Assembly: GCA_965660495.1 (NCBI GenBank)
Contig: CBFIAD010000001.1
Coordinates: 1 to 59,781 of the forward strand
DNA: 59,781 bases
Reading direction: 5' to 3'
Source: Candidatus Puniceispirillaceae bacterium
GTDB taxonomy: Bacteria; Pseudomonadota; Alphaproteobacteria; Puniceispirillales; Puniceispirillaceae
Part shown: piece by piece, positions 20,689 through 30,917 of the stretch
Layout of the letters: every line of letters begins with the position of its first letter
Position numbering within the stretch: position 1 is the first letter of the stretch
The notes under the pieces: generated by a model
Database searches by the model: none
Seen by the model: the letters and a program-made list of their open reading frames with translations, nothing else
Told to the model about the DNA's origin: nothing
Program-made: the position numbers and the translations under genes

Positions 20689-21753
20689 CTAGTTTGTCAG
20701 AAATTGCCGACCGAACCAGCGCCATCTGTTCTGGCCGGCTGGCATGGTGCAATTGATGCGCGAACGCCCTTCTTTTAAGGCATCTGGCAGGCGGATTTCA
20801 GCGCGTCGTCCAATGATGGATACATCTACCTTGCCAAAGCCACTGGCGAAACAGCGCAGCTGGCCTTCGGGGCGCATATCTTCATGCAGGGTAAAACCAT
20901 AAAGAGGCGGGTTTTCAGTTAGCACCATATCTTCTGGTGTTAAATCGGTAATTTTCAGGGGCAGACCATTTATGGCCAGCTCCAGCCGATCTGTTGTGCC
21001 ATAATCTTCGTTAAAGGCAAAACGTGGCAGTTCAAAAAACATATCCTTGCTGTGCATGATGCCCGAATTTTGACCAAAGGCAGCGACAAAGCCGGCTTCC
21101 TTGACAATTTCTATGACAAAGCTGGAATATTCCCCGAAAGGATAGGCAAATAATTCTGGCCGAATCCCCAGCTCTTTGATGAAATAGTCATTGGAGAGTT
21201 GAATTTCCTCGCGCACCTTGTCCGGGCTTTCACGATACAGATGCGGGTGGGTATGGGTTTGCGAGCCAATAGTAACCCCGGCACTTTGTAATTCGCGCAG
21301 CATTTCCCAGCTCATATAGCCGCGGCGGTTCTTTTCTACCGGCTCGGTCGCCACAAATACGGTGAAGGGCAGTCCCAACTCTTGCAAGCGTGGCCAGGCT
21401 TCCTCATAGACAGATAAATAGGCATCATCAATGGTGATGGCGACTGTCCGGTCTGGTAAGCTGCCGCCTGCCTGAAGTGTTGCCACAATCTTGGGCAAGG
21501 GCAAAACAGTATAATCGCCATTGGTCAACAGCGCTAAATGTTCTTCAAACTGTGCCAGTCTGATATTGGTAGAAGGGTATCTGTCCTCGCCAAAGCGGTG
21601 ATACATAATCACCGTGGCGCTATCGCGCATTTCCTCTTGTGCGATGGCCGGGGCAGGGGTGATTAAAGACGCGCCGGTAAACAGCCCTAATATCATCAGA
21701 CAAAAAGCCCGTTTCAGGGCTACAGTAATAAATTGTTGTATGTGCTTGACCAT
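20689..21753 (-). CDS. Exported polysaccharide deacetylase-family (CE4) protein
   Basis: Signal peptide, IMYHRF, AITIDDAY, FAYPFGEY, LPRF; C-terminal GRSRINCT..RWRWFG. Confidence 0.88.
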   Translation of the reverse strand: MVKHIQQFITVALKRAFCLMILGLFTGASLITPAPAIAQEEMRDSATVIMYHRFGEDRYPSTNIRLAQFEEHLALLTNGDYTVLPLPKIVATLQAGGSLPDRTVAITIDDAYLSVYEEAWPRLQELGLPFTVFVATEPVEKNRRGYMSWEMLRELQSAGVTIGSQTHTHPHLYRESPDKVREEIQLSNDYFIKELGIRPELFAYPFGEYSSFVIEIVKEAGFVAAFGQNSGIMHSKDMFFELPRFAFNEDYGTTDRLELAINGLPLKITDLTPEDMVLTENPPLYGFTLHEDMRPEGQLRCFASGFGKVDVSIIGRRAEIRLPDALKEGRSRINCTMPAGQNRWRWFGRQFLTN

Positions 21754-21941
21754 AAATTATCCTGCTCTCATGCAAGTGATTAAGCATTTTTGCTCATCTC
21801 GGGCAGAGTAATTTTTTTTGACCTGTGATGCAACAACAGATAGCAAGGAACTGGCCAGCCGGATAGTATGTCAGGCAAAAACTGCCTTTTTATGCTAATC
21901 GCTGGGCATAAAGGTAAAAATGACGCCAGGAGCGCGCGAAA

Positions 21942-22709
21942 ATGGCCGAAAAGGCAGATAGTAAAAACCCTGTAACATCCGCGCCGGTTATTTTGGCTTT
22001 GGAGGCAAGCGGCAATGCAGCTTCTGCAGCGGTGTTGATAGATGGCAAGATAGTAGGAATAGCAGATCATAAAGCCAGGCATGGTCATGCAGAAACGCTG
22101 ATTTTGCTGGCAGAAAAGGCCATAAGCGCCGCGGATTGCCCCTTATCGGATATCACACATATTGCCGCTGGATGCGGGCCTGGCTCTTTTACCGGCTTGC
22201 GGGTATGTTTATCAGCGGCAAAGGGCTATATGCTGGCAATTGGTGCCAGGCCGATAGGGGTAGGCGGGTTGGCCGCGCTGGCTTATCAGGCACAAAAAGA
22301 ACAGTATAAAAGCAAAAAAACAGCCTATCTTGCCTGCGCCGATAGCCGCAGGGGCAGTGTATTTGCCCAATTTTTTGATGCTGAAGGCAAAGTACAAGGC
22401 ACTATTGAGGATATGACAGCCGACCAATTACAAACAGCCTGCGTCAATGTCCTGAATAAGGGGGATAGTGAAAAGCTGATCCTTTGCGGTCTGGCAGACA
22501 CAGAAATCGCCCGCTCCGCAGATTTTGCCTCCCTATTGGATACCCCGCAAATACAGATTGCAGCACATAATTTAAATGCCGCAGATATTGCAAATTATGC
22601 TTTTGCCGCCCTTGGCGCGCCCGATATCTATCCTGTATCCGGGTTTGAGCCGCTTTATATCGCTACCCCAAAGCTGGGCGGCCAGCGTCTGGATGGCTCA
22701 ACACCATGA
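21942..22709 (+). CDS. tsaB: tRNA threonylcarbamoyladenosine biosynthesis protein TsaB
   Basis: ILALEAS, HAETL, GPGSFTGLRV, DSRRG. Confidence 0.95.
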   Translation: MAEKADSKNPVTSAPVILALEASGNAASAAVLIDGKIVGIADHKARHGHAETLILLAEKAISAADCPLSDITHIAAGCGPGSFTGLRVCLSAAKGYMLAIGARPIGVGGLAALAYQAQKEQYKSKKTAYLACADSRRGSVFAQFFDAEGKVQGTIEDMTADQLQTACVNVLNKGDSEKLILCGLADTEIARSADFASLLDTPQIQIAAHNLNAADIANYAFAALGAPDIYPVSGFEPLYIATPKLGGQRLDGSTP

Positions 22710-23197
22710 CAGATACCGCCCATCCCATTAGCTATTCAGACAAAATATCTGGCTGGGATACCCAAATCGGGGCGCTATATTTATCGGTATATCCGGAAAA
22801 GAAACCAACAGAGGCAGACAGTCTTACCCGCTTGATGAAAAGCCCCGCCCTTTACGGGATGATAGCCCAAAGAGGTGGTTCATTAGCCGGTTTTATCTTG
22901 CTGCTGGCCAGCTTGGACAGCACCGATATTCTGGAAATCTGTGTACACCCTGATATGCGCCGGTCTGGAATTGGCAAGGGATTGCTGGAAGCAGGTCTTT
23001 TTCAGGCACGCCAGCGCCGGCAAAGCAGCATAGTACTGGAAGTGGCAGAAGATAATCTGGCCGCCCAAACCCTTTATCACCAGGCAGGGTTTAAACAGAT
23101 TTCCCGGCGCCAGAACTATTATCTGCGCGGCACAGCCTATATAGATGCTCTTGTAATGGAAAAACAGCTTTTCGGTTCATCCAAAACCAGCCCTTGA
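22706..23197 (+). CDS. rimI: RimI-like GNAT acetyltransferase
   Basis: ICVHPDMRRSGIGK, LEVAEDNLAA..LY...GF, RRQNYY; overlaps the tsaB stop. Confidence 0.85.
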   Translation: MTDTAHPISYSDKISGWDTQIGALYLSVYPEKKPTEADSLTRLMKSPALYGMIAQRGGSLAGFILLLASLDSTDILEICVHPDMRRSGIGKGLLEAGLFQARQRRQSSIVLEVAEDNLAAQTLYHQAGFKQISRRQNYYLRGTAYIDALVMEKQLFGSSKTSP

Positions 23198-23296
23198 CGG
23201 TAGAACAGCCATAAAGGTAAGAGAGGCCTCTGCCAGATAAAACAGGGCGAATTTTATTTTGCAAAATGCACAAAGATAAGGGATGATCAAGGACAG

Positions 23297-24658
23297 ATGA
23301 AGAAATTATATATCAAGACCTTTGGCTGTCAGATGAATGTCTATGATTCCGAAAGGATGGCAGATGTTCTTGCGCCTACCGGCTATGTGCAGACCGATGC
23401 GCCCGAAGATGCCGATATGGTCATTTTAAATACCTGTCATATTCGGGAAAAAGCATCTGAAAAAGTATTTTCGGATTTGGGGCGTTTGCGTACATTAAAA
23501 CAGCGCGCTGCCGAACAGCAAAACCGGCAAATGCTGATCGCGGTTGCAGGCTGTGTGGCACAGGCAGAAGGCGAGGAAATTACCCGCCGCGCCCCTTATG
23601 TGGATATGGTGGTCGGCCCGCAAACCTATCACCGTCTGCCGGAACTGGTCGCCAGAGCGGATCCGTCTGCACGCAAATCTGTTGTCGATACAGAATTTCC
23701 CCAAGAGGTGAAATTTGATTTTCTGCCTGAAGAAGCCGCCCCCAGAGGGCCGGCAGCCTTTTTATCGGTTCAGGAAGGCTGTGACAAATTTTGCAGCTTT
23801 TGTGTTGTTCCCTATACCAGAGGGGCAGAATTTTCACGCCCTGCAGACCAAATTCTGGCCGAAGCCCGCCGGCTGGTTGCCAGCGGCACGCGCGAGATTA
23901 CGCTTTTGGGTCAGAATGTAAATGCCTGGCGTGGCCAGGCTGGCAATAATGGCGGGGTCTGGGGTCTGGGGCGGCTATTGCGTGAACTGGCCGAAATTGA
24001 TGGGCTGGATCGTTTGCGCTATACCACCTCGCACCCTCTGGATATGGATGAAGAATTAATGACCGCTCACCGCGATCTTCCGGCTCTGATGCCTTATTTG
24101 CACCTGCCGGTTCAGGCAGGCTCTGATAAGATTCTGGCCGCGATGAACCGGCGGCACAAGGCAGATGATTATCGCCGAATTATCGATCGCTTGCGCGAAT
24201 TGCGCCCGGATATTGCCTTGTCCGGGGATTTTATTGTCGGCTTTCCAGGTGAAAGCGACAGGGATTTTGCCGATACCATCAAGCTGGTATCGGATATTGG
24301 TTATGCATCAGCCTATTCCTTTAAATATAGCGCTCGCCCCGGCACCCCTGCCAGCGGGGCAGGACAGCAAATAGAAGAAAAGGTAAAATCCGACAGGCTG
24401 GCCGCATTGCAACAGCTGCTGGACGCCCAGCAGCTTGCCTTTAATAAAAAATGTGAAGGCATGACCATGCCGGTTCTGATAGAAAAACAGGGCGGCAGAG
24501 ACGGGCAGATGACAGGGCGTAGCCCTTTTATGCAATCGGTCTATCTGGAAGGCGAGGCCAGCTGGATTGGTCGTATCATGGAGCTTGAGATTACCCAAGC
24601 GCGACAAAATTCGCTATGGTCTGCCCCTTCAGATGCCGCAGCAAAGGGAGCAGCATAA
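23297..24658 (+). CDS. miaB: tRNA 2-methylthio-i6A37 methylthiotransferase MiaB
   Basis: [20 protein letters not shown], radical-SAM [12 protein letters not shown] domain. Confidence 0.98.
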   Translation: MKKLYIKTFGCQMNVYDSERMADVLAPTGYVQTDAPEDADMVILNTCHIREKASEKVFSDLGRLRTLKQRAAEQQNRQMLIAVAGCVAQAEGEEITRRAPYVDMVVGPQTYHRLPELVARADPSARKSVVDTEFPQEVKFDFLPEEAAPRGPAAFLSVQEGCDKFCSFCVVPYTRGAEFSRPADQILAEARRLVASGTREITLLGQNVNAWRGQAGNNGGVWGLGRLLRELAEIDGLDRLRYTTSHPLDMDEELMTAHRDLPALMPYLHLPVQAGSDKILAAMNRRHKADDYRRIIDRLRELRPDIALSGDFIVGFPGESDRDFADTIKLVSDIGYASAYSFKYSARPGTPASGAGQQIEEKVKSDRLAALQQLLDAQQLAFNKKCEGMTMPVLIEKQGGRDGQMTGRSPFMQSVYLEGEASWIGRIMELEITQARQNSLWSAPSDAAAKGAA

Positions 24659-24661
24659 GCC

Positions 24662-25630
24662 GTGTCAGAGGCACAAAAAACCGTTCGACTGGAATTTGAA
24701 AACAACACCCTTATGACGATTATATGCGGTCAGCATAATCAGCATTTGGCGCGTATTGAACAGGCCTTAAATGTACAAATGGACAGTTTTGGCAATCAGA
24801 TAAAAATTTCCGGTTTGTCAGACAAGGTAGAGCTGGCCAGCAAGACCTTTACCAGCCTGTATCAGCAATTAAGCGCTCAGGATAATCAGGATGAAATAAG
24901 CGCAACCCTGGTCGATGATGTGTTGCGCCAAACCGAAAATGGGGTCAATCCGGCAACAACGCCTATTGATAAAAGCCTGTTTGCGACCACCTGGAAGAAA
25001 AAAATCTTTCCCCGTACCGCAGGGCAAGCAGCCTATTTTAAATTATTGCGCGACCATGAGGTGGTGTTTGGTCTGGGCCCTGCCGGAACCGGTAAAACCT
25101 ATATGGCGGTGGCCTGGGCGGTGGATTTCCTGAAACGCCGTCAGGTAGAGCGGATCATTTTATCCCGCCCGGCGGTAGAGGCAGGAGAGCGGCTCGGCTT
25201 TTTGCCAGGTGATATGAAAGAGAAGGTCGATCCCTATCTGCGCCCACTTTATGATGCGCTTTATGATATGATGCCATCTGACAAGGTCGATAGAATGATC
25301 GCCAATGGCGAGATTGAAATTGCCCCGCTGGCCTTTATGCGCGGACGCACCCTGTCCAATGCCTTTGTGATTATTGATGAGGCACAAAACACCACCCCGG
25401 TTCAGATGAAAATGGTATTGACCCGTTTGGGCGAGGATTCGCGAATGGCAATAACGGGCGATCTTAGCCAGATTGATTTACCAAGTGGCCAGCTTTCCGG
25501 CCTTTCGGATGCGGTTAATCGGCTGGATGGGGTAAAGGGGATCGGCATAACCCGCCTCAGCGGCGAGGATGTGGTGCGCCACCCGGTTGTGGCACGGATT
25601 TTGAAAGCCTATGAGACTGGACAAAAATAG
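24662..25630 (+). CDS. phoH: PhoH-family ATPase (YbeZ-like)
   Basis: GPAGTGKT, RPAVEAGERLGFLPGD, MRGRTL, DEAQN. Confidence 0.96.
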   Translation: MSEAQKTVRLEFENNTLMTIICGQHNQHLARIEQALNVQMDSFGNQIKISGLSDKVELASKTFTSLYQQLSAQDNQDEISATLVDDVLRQTENGVNPATTPIDKSLFATTWKKKIFPRTAGQAAYFKLLRDHEVVFGLGPAGTGKTYMAVAWAVDFLKRRQVERIILSRPAVEAGERLGFLPGDMKEKVDPYLRPLYDALYDMMPSDKVDRMIANGEIEIAPLAFMRGRTLSNAFVIIDEAQNTTPVQMKMVLTRLGEDSRMAITGDLSQIDLPSGQLSGLSDAVNRLDGVKGIGITRLSGEDVVRHPVVARILKAYETGQK

Positions 25631-25674
25631 CGAATTTATTCACACTGAACCCATTAACAATTACAGATAAAAAC

Positions 25675-26313
25675 GTGACAAATACACAAGCCCCTGCCCA
25701 GACAAATATCCATAAAGAAATCGCTGCCTCTGGCCTATGCGAGGAAAGCGACAGTCCGGCAGATACGCCCGACCACTATGATGAATGGACAAGCCCGGCT
25801 GGCCATAAATTTGAACATAATCTGGCAGATAGCCGCTGGCAGCCCTTGCTAGAGGCGGGGCGGCCAATCTGCCTGCCGCTTGCCGATAATTTTGCCCGCC
25901 AGATGCAATTGCCTGCCTTTGAAGTTTCTATCCTGTGGACAGATGATACTAAAATGGCCGGGCTTAATCAGCAATTCCGTCAAAAACAGGGGTCAACAAA
26001 TATCCTGTCCTTTCCGGCATCAGAAAAGTTGCCAGATAATGTACTTTCTCAGTCTGTCTCCTCCGGGCCTGTATTTTTAGGCGATATGGCGTTGAGCTTT
26101 GATGTGCTGACAAAAGAAGCGCGGCAAAATGGCCAGAAAGCAGAACATCACCTCGCTCATTTATTTTTGCATGGCCTGTTGCATCTGGCCGGCTATGATC
26201 ATCAAGAGGAGATGGAAGCAAAAGAGATGGAAACACTGGAAATCCAGCTGTTATCCGAGGTGAATATCGCCAATCCCTATGATGGGGATGTGAATAGAAA
26301 TGAGGGGAAATAA
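25675..26313 (+). CDS. ybeY: rRNA maturation endoribonuclease YbeY
   Basis: TNILSFP, LGDMAL, HGLLHLAGYDH; start uncertain. Confidence 0.95.
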   Translation: MTNTQAPAQTNIHKEIAASGLCEESDSPADTPDHYDEWTSPAGHKFEHNLADSRWQPLLEAGRPICLPLADNFARQMQLPAFEVSILWTDDTKMAGLNQQFRQKQGSTNILSFPASEKLPDNVLSQSVSSGPVFLGDMALSFDVLTKEARQNGQKAEHHLAHLFLHGLLHLAGYDHQEEMEAKEMETLEIQLLSEVNIANPYDGDVNRNEGK

Positions 26314-26318
26314 CGCTG

Positions 26319-27191
26319 ATGTTTAACGCGCTTACCCTAAGCTGGAAATGGCCGTTTATTGGCAAGCAAACCTCGGTGCGTGAAGAGCTTACTGGCCTGA
26401 TTGAAACCTCTATTGGCCAGACAGATACAGAATTTGATAATCAGGAAGGCCTGCTTTTACGCAATATGCTGGGCTTGCGCGATATCACAGCAGAAGATGT
26501 GATGGTACCGCGCGCAGATATTGTGGCAGTAGATATTTCCGAAGGGTTTGAAGCGGCTTTTCGCCAGATTAGCGCTGCTGCCCATAGCCGGGTTCCGGCC
26601 TATGAAGGCAATCAGGATAATGTGCGCGGTATGTTGCATATAAAGGATTTGGTCGCCCACTCCCTTAGCCCGGAACAGCCTGTTTTACGCGATTTATTGC
26701 GGCCGGTATTATTTGTTTCCCCGGCAATACGGCTATTGGATTTGCTACAGGAAATGCGCTTAAAACGCCAGCATTTGGCACTGGTGATAGATGAATTTGG
26801 CGGGGTGGATGGCCTGATTACTATCGAAGATTTGGTCGAGGAAATTGTTGGCGAAATAGAAGATGAACATGATGATACCGACGCTCCGCAATTTGAAATC
26901 ATCAATGAAGATATAGCGGTGGCCGATGCCCGTTTGGAAATGGAAGAGCTGGAAGCGCATATTGGCATCACGCTAGAATGTGACGAGCGCGATGAAATCG
27001 ATACGCTTGGCGGATTTATCTTTGCGCTGGCTGGCCATGTCCCGGTGCGCGGTGAGGTGTTGCATCATAGCAGCGGCCTGGAATTTGAAGTACTGGATTC
27101 TGATCCGCGAAAACTGCGTCTGGTCAGAATAAGAGGGTTGAAATCCTTATCCCTCGATAGGCCGACCCTTGATGAAAAAACAGGCAAATAG
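26319..27191 (+). CDS. corC: CBS/CorC-HlyC domain protein
   Basis: VMVPRADI, HSRVP, VIDEFGGVDGLITIEDLVEEIVGEIEDEHD. Confidence 0.92.
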   Translation: MFNALTLSWKWPFIGKQTSVREELTGLIETSIGQTDTEFDNQEGLLLRNMLGLRDITAEDVMVPRADIVAVDISEGFEAAFRQISAAAHSRVPAYEGNQDNVRGMLHIKDLVAHSLSPEQPVLRDLLRPVLFVSPAIRLLDLLQEMRLKRQHLALVIDEFGGVDGLITIEDLVEEIVGEIEDEHDDTDAPQFEIINEDIAVADARLEMEELEAHIGITLECDERDEIDTLGGFIFALAGHVPVRGEVLHHSSGLEFEVLDSDPRKLRLVRIRGLKSLSLDRPTLDEKTGK

Positions 27192-28737
27192 ATCTGTTTT
27201 GAAAGAGTTGCGCGATAGGGTGACAGCATTGCCCCGCCGCCCCTTTGGCCGTTATCTTCTGGTGTTTTTTTGCGGGGCAGTTGCCTCTCTGTCGCTGCCG
27301 CCAACCGGATTTTTACCTGCCGCTCTGTTTTTTTCTGTCCCGGTCATATTCGCGGTAAATGAAGCGCATCCGCTAAGGGGTGCTGTTTTGTTCTCGGCGG
27401 CCGGATTTGGCTGGTTTACCGCCTCTCTTTACTGGATTGGTCATGCGCTTTTTATCAAGGGCGGCGTGCAATTACTGCTATTGCCTTTTGCCTGTCTGGG
27501 CTTGCCTCTGTTGCTATCTCTTTTCTGGGCGATGGCAGCCTATCTTGCCCTCAGGCCGGCTATTGCGCCTGTTGCAAAACTTGTTGTGCTGGCAGGTTTC
27601 TGGGGTGCAGCAGAATGGTTGCGCTCGGTGATTTTCACAGGCTTTCCCTGGAATGTGACAGGGCATATTTTTGCAGAAAATTTACTTACCGCCCAAATGG
27701 CGGCCTTTACAGGTCAGCATGGCCTTAATCTGTTGGCAGCGATGCTGATTGTTGCGGCCGCGGCCGTTTATCTGCGCGCGATTAAAGCGGCCATTTTTCT
27801 CTGCTTGCCTTTATGTTTATTGCTGGGGCTGGGCATATTTCGCCTGGCTGAGGCACCGCCCCTGCCAGATCAGCCGATAGAAAAAGCGGGTCTTATCCGG
27901 CTTGTACAGCCCAATATCGCGCAAGCAGAAAAATGGGACAGGGCACGTAAAGCAGAACATATCAAGGCTATGACTGCGCTGGCTGTTCGGCCAGAGCGTC
28001 CGGCTGCCCTGACCATTTTGCCAGAGGCTGCGATTGCCGGTTTCTGGCGCGATGATGAGGGGCTGGTGCGTGCGTTGGCAAACGCCATTACGCCGGAAAA
28101 TGGCGTAATGCTGACCGGCATTTTATCTTCGGACAGGGAAAATAACTTTTATAATTCTGCCTATTTTGTTCATCATTCAGGCGGGCTATTGGGGCAATAT
28201 CATAAACAGCATCTTGTTCCCTTTGGCGAATATATCCCCTTTCGCCAACTCCCCTTTATCGATGCGATAGCCGGACAAGGGGAATTTAGCAAGGGCGGGG
28301 CTGTTGAAGATATTTATATCGAACCTTTTGGCTATATCCGTGTGCTGATTTGTTACGAGATTATTTTCCCTGCCTTTATCGCCAGGGATAAACGCCGCCC
28401 CGATATGCTCATTACCCTTAGCAATGATGCGTGGTTTGGTGACACCTCTGGCCCGCATCAACATTTTTATCAAAGCCGGCTACGCGCCATCGAAGAGGGC
28501 CTGGCGGTGTACCGGCTGGCAAATACAGGTGTTTCCGGCGGATTTGACGGATTTGGAAGGCTGCTTGGCAAGACAGATTTAGGCACAAAGGCGGTTATTG
28601 ATTTACCCCATATCAGGGCGCTTGCCCCGCCCTTTTATGCCAAAAACCGTATCATTGCGCCTGTTTTACTCTTTATCTGGCTGGGGATTCTGGCTATTTT
28701 TCTTGAATTATTTTCCAAGAGGCGCAATAAAAGTTAG
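27169..28737 (+). CDS. lnt: Apolipoprotein N-acyltransferase
   Basis: FTGFPWN, VQPNI, PE, K.HLVPFGEY, ICYEIIF, SNDAWFG; start uncertain. Confidence 0.97.
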   Translation: MMKKQANRSVLKELRDRVTALPRRPFGRYLLVFFCGAVASLSLPPTGFLPAALFFSVPVIFAVNEAHPLRGAVLFSAAGFGWFTASLYWIGHALFIKGGVQLLLLPFACLGLPLLLSLFWAMAAYLALRPAIAPVAKLVVLAGFWGAAEWLRSVIFTGFPWNVTGHIFAENLLTAQMAAFTGQHGLNLLAAMLIVAAAAVYLRAIKAAIFLCLPLCLLLGLGIFRLAEAPPLPDQPIEKAGLIRLVQPNIAQAEKWDRARKAEHIKAMTALAVRPERPAALTILPEAAIAGFWRDDEGLVRALANAITPENGVMLTGILSSDRENNFYNSAYFVHHSGGLLGQYHKQHLVPFGEYIPFRQLPFIDAIAGQGEFSKGGAVEDIYIEPFGYIRVLICYEIIFPAFIARDKRRPDMLITLSNDAWFGDTSGPHQHFYQSRLRAIEEGLAVYRLANTGVSGGFDGFGRLLGKTDLGTKAVIDLPHIRALAPPFYAKNRIIAPVLLFIWLGILAIFLELFSKRRNKS

Positions 28738-28780
28738 GGTTAAATCACTTTTAGGTTATTTTTAATACAGGAGAAGCGTT

Positions 28781-29962
28781 GTGAGCTTTCTTTTTACTTC
28801 TGAATCGGTATCTGAAGGACATCCAGATAAGGTATGCGACAAAATTTCCGATACAGTTCTGGATCTATTTCTTCGCCAGGAAGCAGAAGCCCGCGTTGCC
28901 TGTGAAACCCTTGCCACCACCAACCGCATTGTTCTGGCTGGTGAGGTGCGGGCATCTGAAGATAAAATAAAAAAGATTTTTTCTGAAATTGAACCAGCGG
29001 TGCGCGCTGCTGTTGCCGATATCGGCTATGAGCAGGAAAAATTCCATCACGCACATTTTGAATTTCAGAATTATTTGCATGAACAATCTGCCGATATCGC
29101 CCAAGGGGTTGATAGCACAGAGAAAAAAGAAGAAGGGGCAGGCGATCAGGGTTTGATGTTTGGCTATGCTTGCCGCGAAACCGAAGAATTAATGCCAGCG
29201 CCTATTCATTATGCGCATCAGATTTTAAAAGAGCTGGCCGCCCATCGCAAAGCAGATGCAGATACAATTTTGGGCCCGGATGCAAAAAGCCAGGTCACGC
29301 TGCGCTATAATGCGGATGGCTCTATCGCCGGGGTGGATAAGCTGGTGCTATCTACTCAGCATAAAGCCGGGGTTTCTAGCGCGGATATTCGCGCGCTTGT
29401 CACCCCTCTGGTTGCAGAAATTTTGCCGAAAGGCTGGATGGTGGGGGCAGATGATTTTCTGATCAACCCGACAGGAAAATTTGAAATTGGCGGGCCGGAT
29501 GGCGATGCCGGGCTTACAGGGCGGAAAATTATTGTTGATACTTATGGCGGTGCTGCCCCGCATGGGGGCGGCGCCTTTTCTGGTAAAGACCCGACAAAGG
29601 TGGACAGATCAGCTGCCTATGCTGCGCGTTATCTGGCCAAAAATATTGTTGCGGCGGGGCTGGCCGAAAAATGCACTATCCAGATCGCCTATGCCATTGG
29701 GGTGGCTGCCCCTGTATCGGTCTATGTCAATACACATGGCAGCCAGAATGTAAATGAAGCCAAGCTGTCAGCATTGCTGACCAGCAATGAGGTGATGGAT
29801 CTCACCCCGCGCGGCATCCGCACTCATCTAGGGCTGAACAATCCGATTTACACGCCTACCGCTGCCTATGGTCATTTTGGCCGCCGCGCAGGTGAGGCTG
29901 GAAAAGGCACATTTAGCTGGGAAGCAACGAACCTTGCTGAAAAGCTGCGCGCCGCACTTTAA
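28781..29962 (+). CDS. metK: S-adenosylmethionine synthetase
   Basis: [35 protein letters not shown]. Confidence 0.99.
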   Translation: MSFLFTSESVSEGHPDKVCDKISDTVLDLFLRQEAEARVACETLATTNRIVLAGEVRASEDKIKKIFSEIEPAVRAAVADIGYEQEKFHHAHFEFQNYLHEQSADIAQGVDSTEKKEEGAGDQGLMFGYACRETEELMPAPIHYAHQILKELAAHRKADADTILGPDAKSQVTLRYNADGSIAGVDKLVLSTQHKAGVSSADIRALVTPLVAEILPKGWMVGADDFLINPTGKFEIGGPDGDAGLTGRKIIVDTYGGAAPHGGGAFSGKDPTKVDRSAAYAARYLAKNIVAAGLAEKCTIQIAYAIGVAAPVSVYVNTHGSQNVNEAKLSALLTSNEVMDLTPRGIRTHLGLNNPIYTPTAAYGHFGRRAGEAGKGTFSWEATNLAEKLRAAL

Positions 29963-30027
29963 CCAGCCGCCTTTAGCAAAAAGCCCTATCACCAGACGCC
30001 TATCACAGGTAAAGGACAGCTCAACAG

Positions 30028-30723
30028 ATGGCGGCCTCTGCTATAGAAAAAATACGTTTTTATGGCCGGCGTAAAGGCCGCCCCCTCAGCCAGAATATGC
30101 AAAGGCTTCTGGATGAGGTTTTGCCGGACAATCTTTTGCCAGAGGATATGGATGAAAGCTGGCTTTCAAAGCGGCGCGCCAGGCAGGGCAAAGATAGTGC
30201 GCTGATTTTGGAAATCGGTTTTGGCGGGGGCGAGCATCTGGCTAGCCTGGCAGCTGGTCAGCGCGAGGATTTATTTATCGGAGCAGAGCCCTTTATTAAC
30301 GGGGTTGTCAGCCTGTTGCGCCATATTGAAGAGCAGAAATTAAATAATATTTGTATCTGGCCAGATGATGTGCGCCTTATTCTGGATAAATTGCCGGCTC
30401 ATAGCCTGTCAGCTGTATATGTGATGTTTCCCGACCCCTGGCCAAAAGCCCGTCATGCCGGCCGGCGTATTTTAAATCAGGAGATGCTGGACAGGCTGGC
30501 AGAGTTGTTACAACCAAAAGGGCAGCTTCGCATGGCAAGCGATCATCCTGTTGCAAAAAGCTGGCTATTGGCCGAAGCCATGCGCCACCCGGATTTTGAT
30601 TGGTGTGCGCGCAGCGCTGCGGATTGGCGTGAACGCCCCTCTGGCTGGCCGCAAACCCGCTATATGCGAAAAGGGGTGGTAGAAGGGCGCTTACCAAGCT
30701 GGTTTGAATTTCAGCGTCGATAA
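30028..30723 (+). CDS. trmB: tRNA (guanine-N7)-methyltransferase
   Basis: LEIGFGGGEHL, FPDPWPK..H..RR, TRY. Confidence 0.96.
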   Translation: MAASAIEKIRFYGRRKGRPLSQNMQRLLDEVLPDNLLPEDMDESWLSKRRARQGKDSALILEIGFGGGEHLASLAAGQREDLFIGAEPFINGVVSLLRHIEEQKLNNICIWPDDVRLILDKLPAHSLSAVYVMFPDPWPKARHAGRRILNQEMLDRLAELLQPKGQLRMASDHPVAKSWLLAEAMRHPDFDWCARSAADWRERPSGWPQTRYMRKGVVEGRLPSWFEFQRR

Positions 30724-30758
30724 TGCTGGCCCATCCTTTATATGGCGACGACAAAAGC

Positions 30759-30787
30759 TTGTAATATTCAGCCAAAAGCGCTATAGT
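30759..30787 (+). promoter_or_regulatory. sigma70 promoter of the rimP-nusA-infB operon
   Basis: TTGTAA(30759-30764)-N17-TATAGT(30782-30787). Confidence 0.7.
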
Positions 30788-30816
30788 GCAAAAAACGTTT
30801 CGGAAAATTGCTGAAC

Positions 30817-30841
30817 GGTGGGTCAAAAGCCCGCCTTTTTT
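30817..30841 (+). promoter_or_regulatory. rimP-leader attenuator hairpin
   Basis: GGTGGGT-CAAAA-GCCCGCC-TTTTTT between promoter and rimP, the GGG..CCC-U-tract pattern of the known rimP leader. Confidence 0.8.
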
Positions 30842-30917
30842 GTTGCCTGAAGGGTCGGATGGCCGAGGCAGCAGCAACGCCAAACGCCAGAATAAGAAAC
30901 AGGATTAAACACAGGCG

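Noticed and set aside
19910-20752. 280-aa minus-strand ORF
   Set aside because: Antisense shadow of the glucosaminidase gene with no recognisable motifs; the other short overlapping ORFs in the track were dismissed for the same reason
30852-30917. tRNA-like start (GGATGGCCGAG) upstream of rimP
   Set aside because: No T-arm GTTCRA, acceptor stem or cloverleaf; better explained as a simple hairpin
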